Shown here in pieces: positions 20,139 through 29,732 of a DNA stretch of 64,000 bases. The position numbers were made by a program, and so were the translations under genes. This DNA is from Pseudomonadota bacterium. Lineage in GTDB: Bacteria > Pseudomonadota > Gammaproteobacteria > JAKAQQ01. The notes beneath the pieces were generated by a model. It made no database searches and was not told where the DNA came from. It saw only the letters and a list, made by a program, of their open reading frames with translations. Numbering within the stretch: the first letter of the stretch is position 1; each line of letters starts with the position of its first letter. The stretch lies in assembly GCA_027338645.1 (NCBI GenBank), contig DAHWSH010000002.1:24510-88509 (forward strand), in the 5' to 3' direction.

Positions 20139-21275
20139 ATGCTTGGTCATTTGACGAATCCTGTGGCCTCAACTCCTTCCCGGCCAAAATCTGATCTCCT
20201 GCGGCCATCCGACCCGTGGCGCGTTGTGCTTGAGCAGATCTCTCGTCGACTCGGTTTTTCAGCCGTTGGGGTGTCCTCTCCTCAACTCCCGGTCGCGGCT
20301 CAACGGTTAAACCAGTGGCTCGAGCTCGGCTATCAGGGCACGATGAGTTATCTCTCGAGATACGGTCTGGATCGCGCGAATGCGGCCCGATGGTTACCGG
20401 ATACCGTTCGCGTCATCTCGGTCGCATGTGATTATGGCAAGCCAAGCCCGAACCGGGTTCGACTGCTACAGGATTCGACTCGGGGCTATATTGCCCAGTA
20501 TGCACTGGGACGCGATTACCACCGGGTCATGCGGAAAAAACTACGACAGCTGGCAGCCGAATTGGCTCAGCAGGGCAGACCTCATGGCTATCGCGTTTTT
20601 GTGGACTCGGGACCGGTCATGGAGAAACCTTTGGCACAAAACGCGGGCCTGGGCTGGATTGGGAAACATACCAATCTGATAGCCCCCCACAGCGGTTCCT
20701 ATTTCTTCCTGGGCGAGATCCTGACCACCCTGCCGCTCGCTCTGGATGTGGCGGAAGTCGACCATTGCGGCCGTTGCCGGGCCTGTCTCGAAATCTGCCC
20801 GACACGCGCAATTGTGAAACCGTACCAACTCGACGCACGGCGGTGCATCGCCTACCTCACCATCGAAAACCGGGGCCCCATCCCCACCGAGTTACGGCCG
20901 CTGATCGGGAACCGGATCTTCGGGTGTGATGACTGCCAGCTGATCTGCCCGATGAACAAGTTCGCCCGAAAGCACACCTTGGCTGAGTTTTCTCCACGAA
21001 GCGATCTGCTGGCTCCGGAGTTGGCCACTCTGATGGGATGGAGCGCAACCGAGTTCGATGAAAAAACACGTGGAAGTGCCCTGCGTCGGGTCGGTTATCA
21101 CGGTTGGTTGAGAAACGTGGCCGTTGCCCTGGGCAACGCCCCGACTAGCCCCGAGGTTCTGTCTGCCCTGTCCGGACAGGCAAACCACCCGAATCCTCTT
21201 GTCCGCGAGCATGTCACATGGGCTCTTTCACAGCATCGCCAACCTGCCCGGCACGGGCTTCCGAGTCCCTCCTGA
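20139..21275 (+). CDS. queG: epoxyqueuosine reductase QueG
   Basis: YQGTMSYLSRYG, 4Fe-4S motifs CGRCRACLEICPTRA and GCDDCQLICPMNKF, and C-terminal HEAT-like LVREHVTWAL. It is divergent from nnr, as in E. coli. Confidence 0.9.
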   Translation: MLGHLTNPVASTPSRPKSDLLRPSDPWRVVLEQISRRLGFSAVGVSSPQLPVAAQRLNQWLELGYQGTMSYLSRYGLDRANAARWLPDTVRVISVACDYGKPSPNRVRLLQDSTRGYIAQYALGRDYHRVMRKKLRQLAAELAQQGRPHGYRVFVDSGPVMEKPLAQNAGLGWIGKHTNLIAPHSGSYFFLGEILTTLPLALDVAEVDHCGRCRACLEICPTRAIVKPYQLDARRCIAYLTIENRGPIPTELRPLIGNRIFGCDDCQLICPMNKFARKHTLAEFSPRSDLLAPELATLMGWSATEFDEKTRGSALRRVGYHGWLRNVAVALGNAPTSPEVLSALSGQANHPNPLVREHVTWALSQHRQPARHGLPSPS

Positions 21276-21384
21276 TAAGCCACATCCGGAGAGGTGCACG
21301 GGGCGGGGATCCGGATTTGCCGGGTGGCCGGATTTTTGGTATTTTTCCCCTATCTTGCCTCGTTTCACACCGGATGGGTTTTTC

Positions 21385-21723
21385 ATGCGTAGTACCCTGC
21401 GAATCTTGGGAAGAATTTTATTGGCCCAGATCTTCATCATTTCTTCGATTCAGAAGATCTTCGACTTCGGCGGGACGGAAGCCTACATGGCGGCCTCCGG
21501 TCTGACCCCTACGCTTCTACCGTTCGTCATCGCAATAGAGATGGGCGGCGGTCTCATGATCCTGACCGGCTGGGGCATGCGCATCGCGGCTTTTGTACTC
21601 GCCTTGTTTAGCATTGCCGCAGCCGTGATCTTCCACCTGGATTTCACCAATCCCACTCAAGTCATCCTGCTCATGAGTGACCTGGCATTCGCCGGAGGCC
21701 TGCTGGTCCTCGCCAGTAGCTAG
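21385..21723 (+). CDS. DoxX family membrane protein
   Basis: 113 aa from the ATG at 21385, with four predicted TM helices: LGRILLAQIFIISSIQKIFDFGGTEAYMAASGL...IEMGGGLMILTGW. The upstream part of the 199-aa ORF overlaps queG and looks non-coding. Confidence 0.75.
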   Translation: MRSTLRILGRILLAQIFIISSIQKIFDFGGTEAYMAASGLTPTLLPFVIAIEMGGGLMILTGWGMRIAAFVLALFSIAAAVIFHLDFTNPTQVILLMSDLAFAGGLLVLASS

Positions 21724-21776
21724 GTCCCGCCGAGAGAAGACGAACTAGATTCTGCTTGAAAACTCGGAGCCGCAGG

Positions 21777-22529
21777 TTATTCCAGATCCGAATCATTCGC
21801 GATCCTCTGGAGTGCCGGCCGGTCGGTCAGGATCAGGTGACGACGCTCCACTTCGATCAATCCCCGCTTCCTGAAGTTCGAGAATAACCGGCTCACCGTT
21901 TCGAGCTGGAGCCCCAGATAACTTCCGATTTCCTCTCGCGACATGCGCAGGTGAAACGAAGCGGGGGAATATCCTCGACTCTCGTACCTTTCCGAGAGAT
22001 CCAACAGAAACACGGCCAGTCGTTGTTCCGCAGTTTTGCAGCCCAAAACCCGCATGATTTGATGATCCCGCTGAATCTCCCGACTCAGGATCTGATGAAA
22101 ACGTTTCTGGAGAGCAGGCAGCTCCCGGCCCAAAACTTCAAGGTCTTCAAAGGTCACTTCACAGACCTCGCTATCTTCAAGTGCGATAGCCTCGCAGGTA
22201 TGCACCCCGCCTGCAATTCCATCCAAACCGAGGAGTTCTCCTGCCATGTGAAAGCCAAAAATCCGACATGAACCGGAACTTTCCGGGTCACGGGTCTTGA
22301 GAAAACCCACCCGCACGGCATAGAGCGAGCGGCAAGTCATGCCAGCATGATAGAGCGTCTCGGTTTTCCGGACCTTACGCCGGCGCCGAACGATCGCATC
22401 GACCCGTTTGATCTCCGCTGCCGACAAGCCCAAGGGTAAGCACAGTTCTCTCAATCCGCAGGTCGAACAGGCCACTTTGAGGGTCTCCAAGCTGAAGACC
22501 GGATTAGCGCTGTCAATACGGGTGGCCAT
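21777..22529 (-). CDS. fnr: FNR/ANR-type oxygen-sensing Crp-family transcription factor
   Basis: N-terminal Cys cluster CSTCGLRELC (C-x2-C-x5-C), a central Cys (SEVCEV), and the DNA-recognition helix ETVSR identical to E. coli FNR. The ATG at 22529 has GGAGG upstream. Confidence 0.9.
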   Translation of the reverse strand: MATRIDSANPVFSLETLKVACSTCGLRELCLPLGLSAAEIKRVDAIVRRRRKVRKTETLYHAGMTCRSLYAVRVGFLKTRDPESSGSCRIFGFHMAGELLGLDGIAGGVHTCEAIALEDSEVCEVTFEDLEVLGRELPALQKRFHQILSREIQRDHQIMRVLGCKTAEQRLAVFLLDLSERYESRGYSPASFHLRMSREEIGSYLGLQLETVSRLFSNFRKRGLIEVERRHLILTDRPALQRIANDSDLE

Positions 22530-22567
22530 CGAACACTTCCCTCCGGACCGGTTCGAGAAATCCAAAC

Positions 22568-22581
22568 TTGATATGGATCAA
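22568..22581. promoter_or_regulatory. FNR/ANR box TTGAT-ATGG-ATCAA (perfect match to the consensus half-sites)
   Basis: Read directly: TTGAT at 22568-22572 and ATCAA at 22577-22581, in the fnr-hemN divergent intergenic region. Confidence 0.8.
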
Positions 22582-22635
22582 TATTCACTTTATCACGAAG
22601 CGGATCAACGGATTAGAATTGAACGGTTTAAGGGC

Positions 22636-24090
22636 ATGGAACCCCCCATGCAGAGTCGTCCAGATCCAACCGGTTTCCCCGTGGGACTCCCCTCGGAGGA
22701 AACGCTTCGGACAGTGGTTTTCGACGGCGAACTCATTCGCCGACTGGACCGCCCGGGTCCGCGCTACACGTCCTACCCGACCACCAACCATTTTTCCGAG
22801 GAGTTCAACGAGCAGAGCTATCAGAACTGTGTGGCCCAGGAGGAAGCGGCCCCGCAACCACGTGACTTGTCACTGTATTTCCATATTCCGTTCTGTAGGC
22901 ACCTCTGCTTTTATTGCGCGTGCAATAAGATCGTGACCCGTAACCGGGACAAGGCCGCGAAATACCTCGACTACCTCCTTCGGGAACTGGAACTCCGGAG
23001 CGTGGGGTTCAAGGACGGGCGACGGGTCAGTCAGCTTCATTGGGGAGGAGGAACGCCCACGTATCTCGAACCCGCACAGATGGCAAACCTCATGCAGTCC
23101 ATCCGGAAGCGGTTTTTTCTGTCAGACGATGCCCTGGGTGAATACTCAATTGAAGTGGATCCACGAACGGTGAGTCAGGAGACCGTGGGTTTTCTGCGTT
23201 CCCTGGGATTTAACCGGATCAGCATCGGGGTCCAGGACTTTGACCCCCAAGTCCAGAAAAAAGTCCACCGGATTCAGTCTGAGGAGGAAACCCAACGGGT
23301 CGTAGAGACCGCACGCCAATCAAAGTTTCGTTCCATCAACCTGGACTTGATCTACGGGTTACCGGCGCAATCGGTCGAAAGCTTTGAACGGACCCTCGAC
23401 CAGGTTCTGGCCATCTATCCCGACCGGGTCGCACTGTACAACTACGCCCATCTGCCGCATCTTTTTCGACCCCAGCAAAAGATTGATGCCCGGGATCTTC
23501 CGCCTCCCGAGGTAAAACTCGAGATTCTGCGGTGCGCCGTGGAAAGGCTGACCCGTGCGGGTTATCACTATATCGGGATGGATCACTTTGCCAGAGCGGA
23601 CGATGAGCTCGCGATTGCCCAACGGGAGCACCGTTTACAACGAAATTTCCAGGGGTATTCCACTCATCCGGAATGCCACCTCATCGGGTTTGGAATATCC
23701 GCCATCGGGATGATGGGAGCCAGCTATAGCCAGAACTTCCGGACCCTCGACTCCTATTACCAGAGCATTGACCAAAATCGCCTGCCGATCTTCCGCGGAA
23801 TTATCCTGACCCCGGATGACCGTTTGCGTCGCACCCTCATTCATTCCTTGGCCTGTCAGTTCCGGATTTCCATCCCCGCCATCGAGGAAAGCTATGGTAT
23901 CCGGTTCGACGCCTACTTCCAGGATGAACTTCGGGAGCTGGCGGAACTCGAAGCCCTCGGTCTCCTCTCAACCGGACCACAGGAAATCCGGGTGACCCTC
24001 AAGGGGCGTTTGCTGGTTCGCAATATCTGCATGATCTTCGACCGCTACCTGCGCGCGGAACGGATGCCGCAGTATTCGCGCGTGATCTGA
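22636..24090 (+). CDS. hemN: oxygen-independent coproporphyrinogen III oxidase (radical SAM) HemN
   Basis: GPRYTSYPT, CxxxCxxC motif (FCRHLCFYCACN), HWGGGTPTYL, and overall HemN length. I chose the ATG at 22636 because the upstream ATG at 22573 lies inside the FNR box. Confidence 0.9.
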   Translation: MEPPMQSRPDPTGFPVGLPSEETLRTVVFDGELIRRLDRPGPRYTSYPTTNHFSEEFNEQSYQNCVAQEEAAPQPRDLSLYFHIPFCRHLCFYCACNKIVTRNRDKAAKYLDYLLRELELRSVGFKDGRRVSQLHWGGGTPTYLEPAQMANLMQSIRKRFFLSDDALGEYSIEVDPRTVSQETVGFLRSLGFNRISIGVQDFDPQVQKKVHRIQSEEETQRVVETARQSKFRSINLDLIYGLPAQSVESFERTLDQVLAIYPDRVALYNYAHLPHLFRPQQKIDARDLPPPEVKLEILRCAVERLTRAGYHYIGMDHFARADDELAIAQREHRLQRNFQGYSTHPECHLIGFGISAIGMMGASYSQNFRTLDSYYQSIDQNRLPIFRGIILTPDDRLRRTLIHSLACQFRISIPAIEESYGIRFDAYFQDELRELAELEALGLLSTGPQEIRVTLKGRLLVRNICMIFDRYLRAERMPQYSRVI

Positions 24091-24147
24091 ATCGAATACG
24101 GACTGTTTGACTCCGGGATTCCAAGCGGAGGGTCTTTTACTTTTTTC

Positions 24148-24176
24148 TTGTAAAACAAAATGACTTCCCCTATGAT
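24148..24176 (+). promoter_or_regulatory. sigma-70-type promoter candidate for the di-iron protein gene
   Basis: TTGTAA (24148-24153), a 17-nt spacer, then TATGAT (24171-24176). An inverted repeat TGAT-N5-ATCA (24173-24185) overlaps the -10. GGAG lies 8 nt before the ATG at 24205. Confidence 0.45.
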
Positions 24177-24204
24177 TTAAGATCACCTCCGCAGGGAGAC
24201 CCAG

Positions 24205-25059
24205 ATGCCGGGTGAGGTCAGCCATAAAGAAGCCGGGAGGGTCGCCCGAGCCCACCGACCGGACCACTGGAATGTCGATGCGCTTCCCTGGGATTCACTT
24301 GAGCTTGAGCGCATTGCAGACAACGAAGTCTTTTTTTTTCTGATTTCTACAGCATCCTTTGTCGAGATTACGACTGATCTTTACACCTCGAACCTGACTG
24401 CGCATTATGCCGGTGACGATGAGGTCACGGTCTGGCTCCATGAGCATTGGCAACCGGAAGAGCTCCAGCACGGTGCCGCCCTCAAACGCTATGTGAAAAC
24501 CGTCTGGCCCAGCTTTGACTGGGATCTGGCCTACCAGAACTTTTATCAGGAATACGGTCGGCTTTGTAATGCGGCCCAGCTCGAAGCGACCCGGTCACAG
24601 GAAATGGTTGCCCGCTGTATTGTCGAGACAGGCACGGCGTCCTATTACACGATGGTTCGGGATGCCTCCCCGGAGCCGCTCCTCCAAAAGATCGCCCACC
24701 ATATCCGGACTGACGAGGTCGGCCATTACAAGTATTTTTTCCGCTACTTCCGGAAATATGCCCGACAGGAATCCGTTTCCCGCCGGGCCATCTTCAAAGC
24801 GCTCTGGACCCGCATCCGGGAGATCGACAACGAGGATGGACTGATTGCCTACAAACACGCCTTCCAGGTCCGCCATCCGGACCAGGCCTTCGACCCGCAA
24901 CGTTACGAGCAATTCCGCTTGAACCTGAACCGGATGACCCGTGACCACTTTCCATTCGAGATGGCCGTTCGGATGTGCCTCCGACCCATGGATCTGCCTC
25001 ACCCGGTTGAACGTCTCTCCATTCCCATTCTGGTTGCCGGAGCCCGGCGATTTCTCTAG
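24205..25059 (+). CDS. ferritin-like di-iron carboxylate protein of unknown function
   Basis: 284 aa with the E...ExxH...E...ExxH ligand pattern: FVEIT, PEELQHG, IVETG, TDEVGHY. No closer family is recognised. Confidence 0.6.
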   Translation: MPGEVSHKEAGRVARAHRPDHWNVDALPWDSLELERIADNEVFFFLISTASFVEITTDLYTSNLTAHYAGDDEVTVWLHEHWQPEELQHGAALKRYVKTVWPSFDWDLAYQNFYQEYGRLCNAAQLEATRSQEMVARCIVETGTASYYTMVRDASPEPLLQKIAHHIRTDEVGHYKYFFRYFRKYARQESVSRRAIFKALWTRIREIDNEDGLIAYKHAFQVRHPDQAFDPQRYEQFRLNLNRMTRDHFPFEMAVRMCLRPMDLPHPVERLSIPILVAGARRFL

Positions 25060-25121
25060 CCCGCCCGGTGCGCACATCCGAGTTCCCCTCTGGTCCTGTA
25101 TCCGGACCGGATTTCTGAACC

Positions 25122-26543
25122 ATGATTCTGCACTGGTTTAGAAGGGACTTACGGGTAGACGATAATGTGGCGTTGGCTGCCGCCTGTCGGAATGACACCC
25201 CGGTCGTCGGGGTGTTTTGTTGCGATCGCCGTTGGTTCCCCGCGCAAACCGGCCAAACCGGAGTTCATCAAGCGACTTTTTTACTGGCTGCCCTTTCAGA
25301 GCTTGCCACGAATCTGGCCCGCCTCAACATTCCACTCAAGTTCAGGGTTACAGACGATCCGGTACAGACCCTACTGGCACTCGCGGCTGAGCTCAGGGCG
25401 ACATCCATCGTTTTCAACAAGGAATACGAGCCGGCACAACTCAAGCAGGACTCTCGGCTGATGAGAGAGGCAGCCCGGATCGGCCTTCCGGTCAACGGGT
25501 TCAAAGATGGGGCGATCTTTGAGGAAAACGAGATTCTCTCCTCCAGTGGCAAACCCTACACCGTGTTTTCGCCCTACCGGCGGAGTTGGCTCACCCGCTT
25601 AGGCATGAATCCATTGAACATGGCCAGACCGCCCCGGGCCCGATCGGTTATCCCGACGCAGCCTGACCCTATCCCGGAACCAACGGTTTTCGGATTTTCC
25701 GCGGTGAACCTGGTCCAGGCACCCGGCGAACGGGCCGCGATCCAAAGACTGAATACATTTGCCCGCCAGTCGATTATTGAATACGAATCCCAACGGAATT
25801 TCCCTGCAGTGGAAGGAACCTCACGGCTTTCGCCCCACCTGTCGGCGGGGACCGTCTCCATTCGCCGATGCGTGAATGCCGCACTGGAACAGGGAGCCGG
25901 TCAAGGCGTGCATGGCGCGGGGGTGTGGCTGACAGAGCTGATCTGGCGTGATTTTTACCGGATGATCCTGTTCCATTTCCCCCATACCGAAAACCAGGCC
26001 TTTGATCAGAAGTATGCCACCCTGGAATGGAGCAGTGATCCGGAGCTTCGGGATACTTGGATCCACGGCCGAACGGGGTACCCCATCGTCGACGCGGCCA
26101 TCCTTCAGGTACGGGAAACGGGCTGGATGCACAACCGTCTCCGCATGATCGTGGCCATGTTTCTCACCAAGGATCTCGACGTCCACTGGCGCTTCGGTGA
26201 GCGGCAGTTCCGCTTCTGGCTCATGGACTATGATCAGGCCAGCAATGTCGGCGGCTGGCAATGGAGTGCTGGAACTGGCACGGATGCAGCTCCCTATTTC
26301 CGCGTGTTGAATCCTATTCTTCAGGGACAGCGATACGATCCGAATGGCCGTTTCGTCCGGCTATACCTGCCAGCCCTGCGCCGGGTTCCGGATCGGTTTG
26401 TCCATGCTCCCTGGCTCATGCCATCGGCACTTCAATCAACCACAGGATGCCTCATCGGTCGCGATTACCCCGCACCCGTCGTGGACCACGCGACGGCGCG
26501 CCGGCAGGCGATCGAGAAGTTTCGCCGCAGGAGTTCACGTTGA
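25122..26543 (+). CDS. phrB: deoxyribodipyrimidine photolyase (class I CPD photolyase/cryptochrome family)
   Basis: MILHWFRRDLRVDDNVAL, TSRLSPHLSAGTVS, WRDFY, GWMHNRLRMIVAMFLTKDL and DYDQASNVGGWQW motifs. Confidence 0.9.
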   Translation: MILHWFRRDLRVDDNVALAAACRNDTPVVGVFCCDRRWFPAQTGQTGVHQATFLLAALSELATNLARLNIPLKFRVTDDPVQTLLALAAELRATSIVFNKEYEPAQLKQDSRLMREAARIGLPVNGFKDGAIFEENEILSSSGKPYTVFSPYRRSWLTRLGMNPLNMARPPRARSVIPTQPDPIPEPTVFGFSAVNLVQAPGERAAIQRLNTFARQSIIEYESQRNFPAVEGTSRLSPHLSAGTVSIRRCVNAALEQGAGQGVHGAGVWLTELIWRDFYRMILFHFPHTENQAFDQKYATLEWSSDPELRDTWIHGRTGYPIVDAAILQVRETGWMHNRLRMIVAMFLTKDLDVHWRFGERQFRFWLMDYDQASNVGGWQWSAGTGTDAAPYFRVLNPILQGQRYDPNGRFVRLYLPALRRVPDRFVHAPWLMPSALQSTTGCLIGRDYPAPVVDHATARRQAIEKFRRRSSR

Positions 26544-26595
26544 GGCTCTGAACAAGGAATGGGGAAATCATCCCCCCCTGTGACAAAAAATCCGG

Positions 26596-27654
26596 CTACA
26601 CCGTACGGGCAGCCGCGAAGCTCGACTCCAGCTCTTTGAGCAGGCGCTTTTGGTCCTCGGTCAGGCGCTTGGGCACCTCAACCGTGACCCGGCAGATGAG
26701 ATCCCCCCGTTTCTTGTTTTTGAGGGTCGGCACACCTTGGCCGTGGAGACGCAGCAGGGCACCATCCGGAGTCGCGGGTCCGACTTTGAGCGAATCCTTC
26801 CCCTGCAAGGTCTCGACCTCCATCACCCCACCCAGCGCGAGCAGCGTGTAGCGGACGGGAATTTCGCAGTACAGATCCCCACCTTCACGTCGGAACCTCG
26901 GGTGGGCCCGGATATGAATCTCCACATAGAGATCCCCCCCCGGTTGCCCCACCTCACCTGCCTCTCCCATCCCTGCAAGCCGAATCCGATCGCCTTCATC
27001 CACCCCGGGAGGAATCCGGACTTCAATCCGGCGGCGGGAACGAATCCGACCTGAACCGTGGCAACCCCGACAGTCCCCCTTCCGGGTTTGCCCCCGCCCT
27101 TCGCATCTCGGACAGCTTTGCCGGAGGGTAAAAAAACCCTGCTGGACCCGGATTTCACCCGTTCCCCGACAATCCATGCACGGTTCCGGACGGGAACCCG
27201 GTTTCGAACCGCTGCCCTTGCAATCTTGGCAGATCACCATCGTCTCGTATTCAAGTGGAGTGGACTCGCCTTGAGCGACCTGTTCCAGGTCGAGTTCCAG
27301 GGCATAGACCAGGTCCCGTCCTCGGCCATTGCGTGTCTGACCAAATGCAGAACCGAAGATGCTGCCAAACAGGTCTCCGAAGATCTCGTTGGGATCAAAA
27401 CCCGGTGAGGCTCCGGGCTGTCCCGCAAGGCCGGCATGGCCAAACCGGTCATAGAGAGCGCGACGTTCAGGGTCATAGAGCACATCGAAGGCTTCCTTCA
27501 CCGTCTTGAACTGCTCTTCCGCCTCCCTCGATCCTGGATTGCGATCAGGGTGCAGCTTCATCGCCAGACGCCGGAACGCCTTCTTGATTTCCTCTGGACT
27601 TGCGTCACGGGAAACCGAGAGAGTCTCGTAATAGTCGAGCTTTGAAGGCGCCAT
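26596..27654 (-). CDS. dnaJ: molecular chaperone DnaJ
   Basis: J-domain (DYYETLSVSRDASPEEIKKAFRRLAMKLHPDRN), a short G/F region and four CxxCxGxG zinc-finger repeats (CQDCKGSG, CMDCRGTG, CPRCEGRG, CRGCHGSG). It lies downstream of dnaK. Confidence 0.9.
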   Translation of the reverse strand: MAPSKLDYYETLSVSRDASPEEIKKAFRRLAMKLHPDRNPGSREAEEQFKTVKEAFDVLYDPERRALYDRFGHAGLAGQPGASPGFDPNEIFGDLFGSIFGSAFGQTRNGRGRDLVYALELDLEQVAQGESTPLEYETMVICQDCKGSGSKPGSRPEPCMDCRGTGEIRVQQGFFTLRQSCPRCEGRGQTRKGDCRGCHGSGRIRSRRRIEVRIPPGVDEGDRIRLAGMGEAGEVGQPGGDLYVEIHIRAHPRFRREGGDLYCEIPVRYTLLALGGVMEVETLQGKDSLKVGPATPDGALLRLHGQGVPTLKNKKRGDLICRVTVEVPKRLTEDQKRLLKELESSFAAARTV

Positions 27655-27704
27655 GTGAGCCCAGCTAGGAGTGAATCACCCGCAGATCCACTGCGGGAAA
27701 GTCA

Positions 27705-29639
27705 TCACGACTTGCCGTTCTTGTGGTCGTCCACCTCTTCGAACTCGGCATCCACCACTTCCTCGCTGCCGGATCGGTTCTGGCCGGCTCCATTCGCTTC
27801 GGCCGCGCTGGACTGGGCATTCGCATTTTCGTAAAGACGCTGACCCAGTGTGGCGCTCGCCTGGGCCAAGGCCTGGGCCTTCGCCTCCAGTATCGCCTGA
27901 TCCCCGGTATCCAAAACACTCTTGAGATCCGACAGGGCGGCTTCGACCCGGGCCCGCTCTTCTGCCGGCACTTTTTCACCCATCTCATGGAGGGTTTTCT
28001 CGGTGACGTGGATCAGGCTATCCGCCTGGTTCCGGGCCTCGATCCGCTCACGGGCCCGCCGGTCCTCTTCACGGTGGGCTTCGGCCTCGGTCACCATCCG
28101 CTTGATCTCATCTTCGGTCAGACCACTCGAAGCCCGGATGATAATCGATTGCTCCTTGCCGGTTGCCTTATCTTTCGCAGACACATGGAGGATCCCATTG
28201 GCATCGATGTCGAAAGTGACTTCGATCTGCGGAATGCCCCGGGGAGCCGTGGGAATCCCAGCCAGATCAAAACGTCCAAGGGACTTGTTGTCCCGTGCCA
28301 GTTCGCGTTCCCCCTGGACCACATGAATCGTGACGGCGGACTGGTTGTCATCGGCGGTCGAAAAGACCTGCGTCGCCTTGGTGGGGATCGTGGTGTTTTT
28401 GTCAATAATCCGGGTCATGACCCCGCCCAATGTCTCAATTCCCAGAGAAAGCGGAGTCACGTCGAGGAGCAGGACATCTTTGACCTCACCCTGCAGCACC
28501 CCCCCCTGAATCGCCGCACCAATCGCCACGGCTTCGTCCGGGTTGACATCCCGGCGGGGTTCCTTGCCGAAAAACTCGCGGACCACAGTTTGCACCTTGG
28601 GCATGCGGGTCTGTCCTCCCACGAGGATGACATCGTCAATGTCCCGAACCGACAGATGGGCATCCTGGATGGCCAGACGGCAGGGCTCGATGGTCTTCTG
28701 GATCAGATCCTCGACCAGGGCTTCAAGCTTGGCCCGGGTCAGACGGATATTGAGGTGTTTGGGACCACTGGCATCCGCTGTAATGTAGGGCAGATTGATT
28801 TCTGTCTGCTGGGTCGAGCTGAGCTCAATCTTGGCCTTTTCCGCCGCTTCCCGCAGCCTCTGCATCGCCAGGGGGTCACTTCGCACATCGATCCCCTGCT
28901 CCTTTCGGAACTCATCCGCCAGATAGTCGATCACGCGCCTGTCAAAATCCTCACCCCCAAGGAATGTATCCCCGTTTGTCGACAGGACTTCGAACTGTCG
29001 CTCGCCATCCAACTCGGCAATCTCGATGATCGAGATATCGAACGTGCCCCCACCGAGATCGTAAACCGCCACCTTGGTGTCCTTCGGTTTCTTGTCCAGC
29101 CCGAACGCCAGGGCCGCCGCCGTCGGCTCGTTAATGATCCGCTTGACCTCTAATCCGGCAATACGGCCTGCGTCTTTCGTCGCCTGCCGCTGGGAATCAT
29201 TGAAGTAGGCCGGAACGGTAATCACTGCATCGGTAACGGCCTCTCCCAGGTAGTCCTCCGCCGTCTTTTTCATTTTCATGAGGACCCGGGCCGAGATTTC
29301 TGGCGGGGACATTTGCTTGCCCGACACTTCGACCCATGCATCGCCATTTTTGGCCTGCACGATCGAGAAAGGGGAGCGAGTCAGGGAATCCTGGACCATC
29401 GGTTCGCTAAACCGCCGGCCAATCAATCGCTTGACCGCATAGAGGGTATTTTTAGGATTGGTCACAGCCTGGCGCTTGGCCGTTTGTCCCACCAGCACGT
29501 CGCCATCCTTCGCAAAAGCCACGACCGACGGAGTGGTCCGATCCCCCTCGCTATTGGGAATCACCTTGGGTTGCCCCCCCTCCATGACGGCGACGCAAGA
29601 ATTCGTGGTTCCCAAATCGATGCCAATGATTTTAGACAT
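27705..29639 (-). CDS. dnaK: molecular chaperone DnaK (Hsp70)
   Basis: [30 protein letters not shown] and [11 protein letters not shown] motifs, from the ATG at 29639. Confidence 0.97.
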   Translation of the reverse strand: MSKIIGIDLGTTNSCVAVMEGGQPKVIPNSEGDRTTPSVVAFAKDGDVLVGQTAKRQAVTNPKNTLYAVKRLIGRRFSEPMVQDSLTRSPFSIVQAKNGDAWVEVSGKQMSPPEISARVLMKMKKTAEDYLGEAVTDAVITVPAYFNDSQRQATKDAGRIAGLEVKRIINEPTAAALAFGLDKKPKDTKVAVYDLGGGTFDISIIEIAELDGERQFEVLSTNGDTFLGGEDFDRRVIDYLADEFRKEQGIDVRSDPLAMQRLREAAEKAKIELSSTQQTEINLPYITADASGPKHLNIRLTRAKLEALVEDLIQKTIEPCRLAIQDAHLSVRDIDDVILVGGQTRMPKVQTVVREFFGKEPRRDVNPDEAVAIGAAIQGGVLQGEVKDVLLLDVTPLSLGIETLGGVMTRIIDKNTTIPTKATQVFSTADDNQSAVTIHVVQGERELARDNKSLGRFDLAGIPTAPRGIPQIEVTFDIDANGILHVSAKDKATGKEQSIIIRASSGLTEDEIKRMVTEAEAHREEDRRARERIEARNQADSLIHVTEKTLHEMGEKVPAEERARVEAALSDLKSVLDTGDQAILEAKAQALAQASATLGQRLYENANAQSSAAEANGAGQNRSGSEEVVDAEFEEVDDHKNGKS

Positions 29640-29704
29640 AAATTTCTCCAAACGCGGTTTCGATCACAATCCAGCCCGGAGGCTCACCATTTCTATCAAC
29701 CCAA

Positions 29705-29732
29705 ATATGGGGACGGATAGTCCCGGATCAAG
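29705..29732 (-). promoter_or_regulatory. sigma-32 (RpoH)-type heat-shock promoter upstream of dnaK
   Basis: The minus strand reads CTTGATC (29732-29726), a 13-nt spacer, then CCCCATAT (29712-29705). This compares with the consensus CTTGAAA-N13-15-CCCCATNT and resembles E. coli dnaK P1. The -35 overlaps the grpE stop codon. Confidence 0.65.

Noticed and set aside
21124-21384. N-terminal 87 codons of the 199-aa ORF containing the DoxX domain
   Set aside because: This part overlaps the 3' end of queG out of frame and the spacer. The DoxX TM core starts at the ATG at 21385.
24173-24185. TGATTTAAGATCA considered as a second FNR box downstream of hemN
   Set aside because: The spacing is TGAT-N5-ATCA, whereas an FNR site requires TGAT-N4-ATCA within TTGAT-N4-ATCAA, and the outer T/A positions do not match. 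It is kept only as a generic operator-like inverted repeat in the di-iron gene finding.
27723-29153. 476-aa ORF on the plus strand, antisense to dnaK
   Set aside because: It lies entirely inside the very well-supported dnaK gene. Its product is low-complexity (rich in L/R/G/D/Q) with no recognisable motifs. Long stop-free antisense frames opposite hsp70 and other highly GC3-biased genes are a known compositional artefact.
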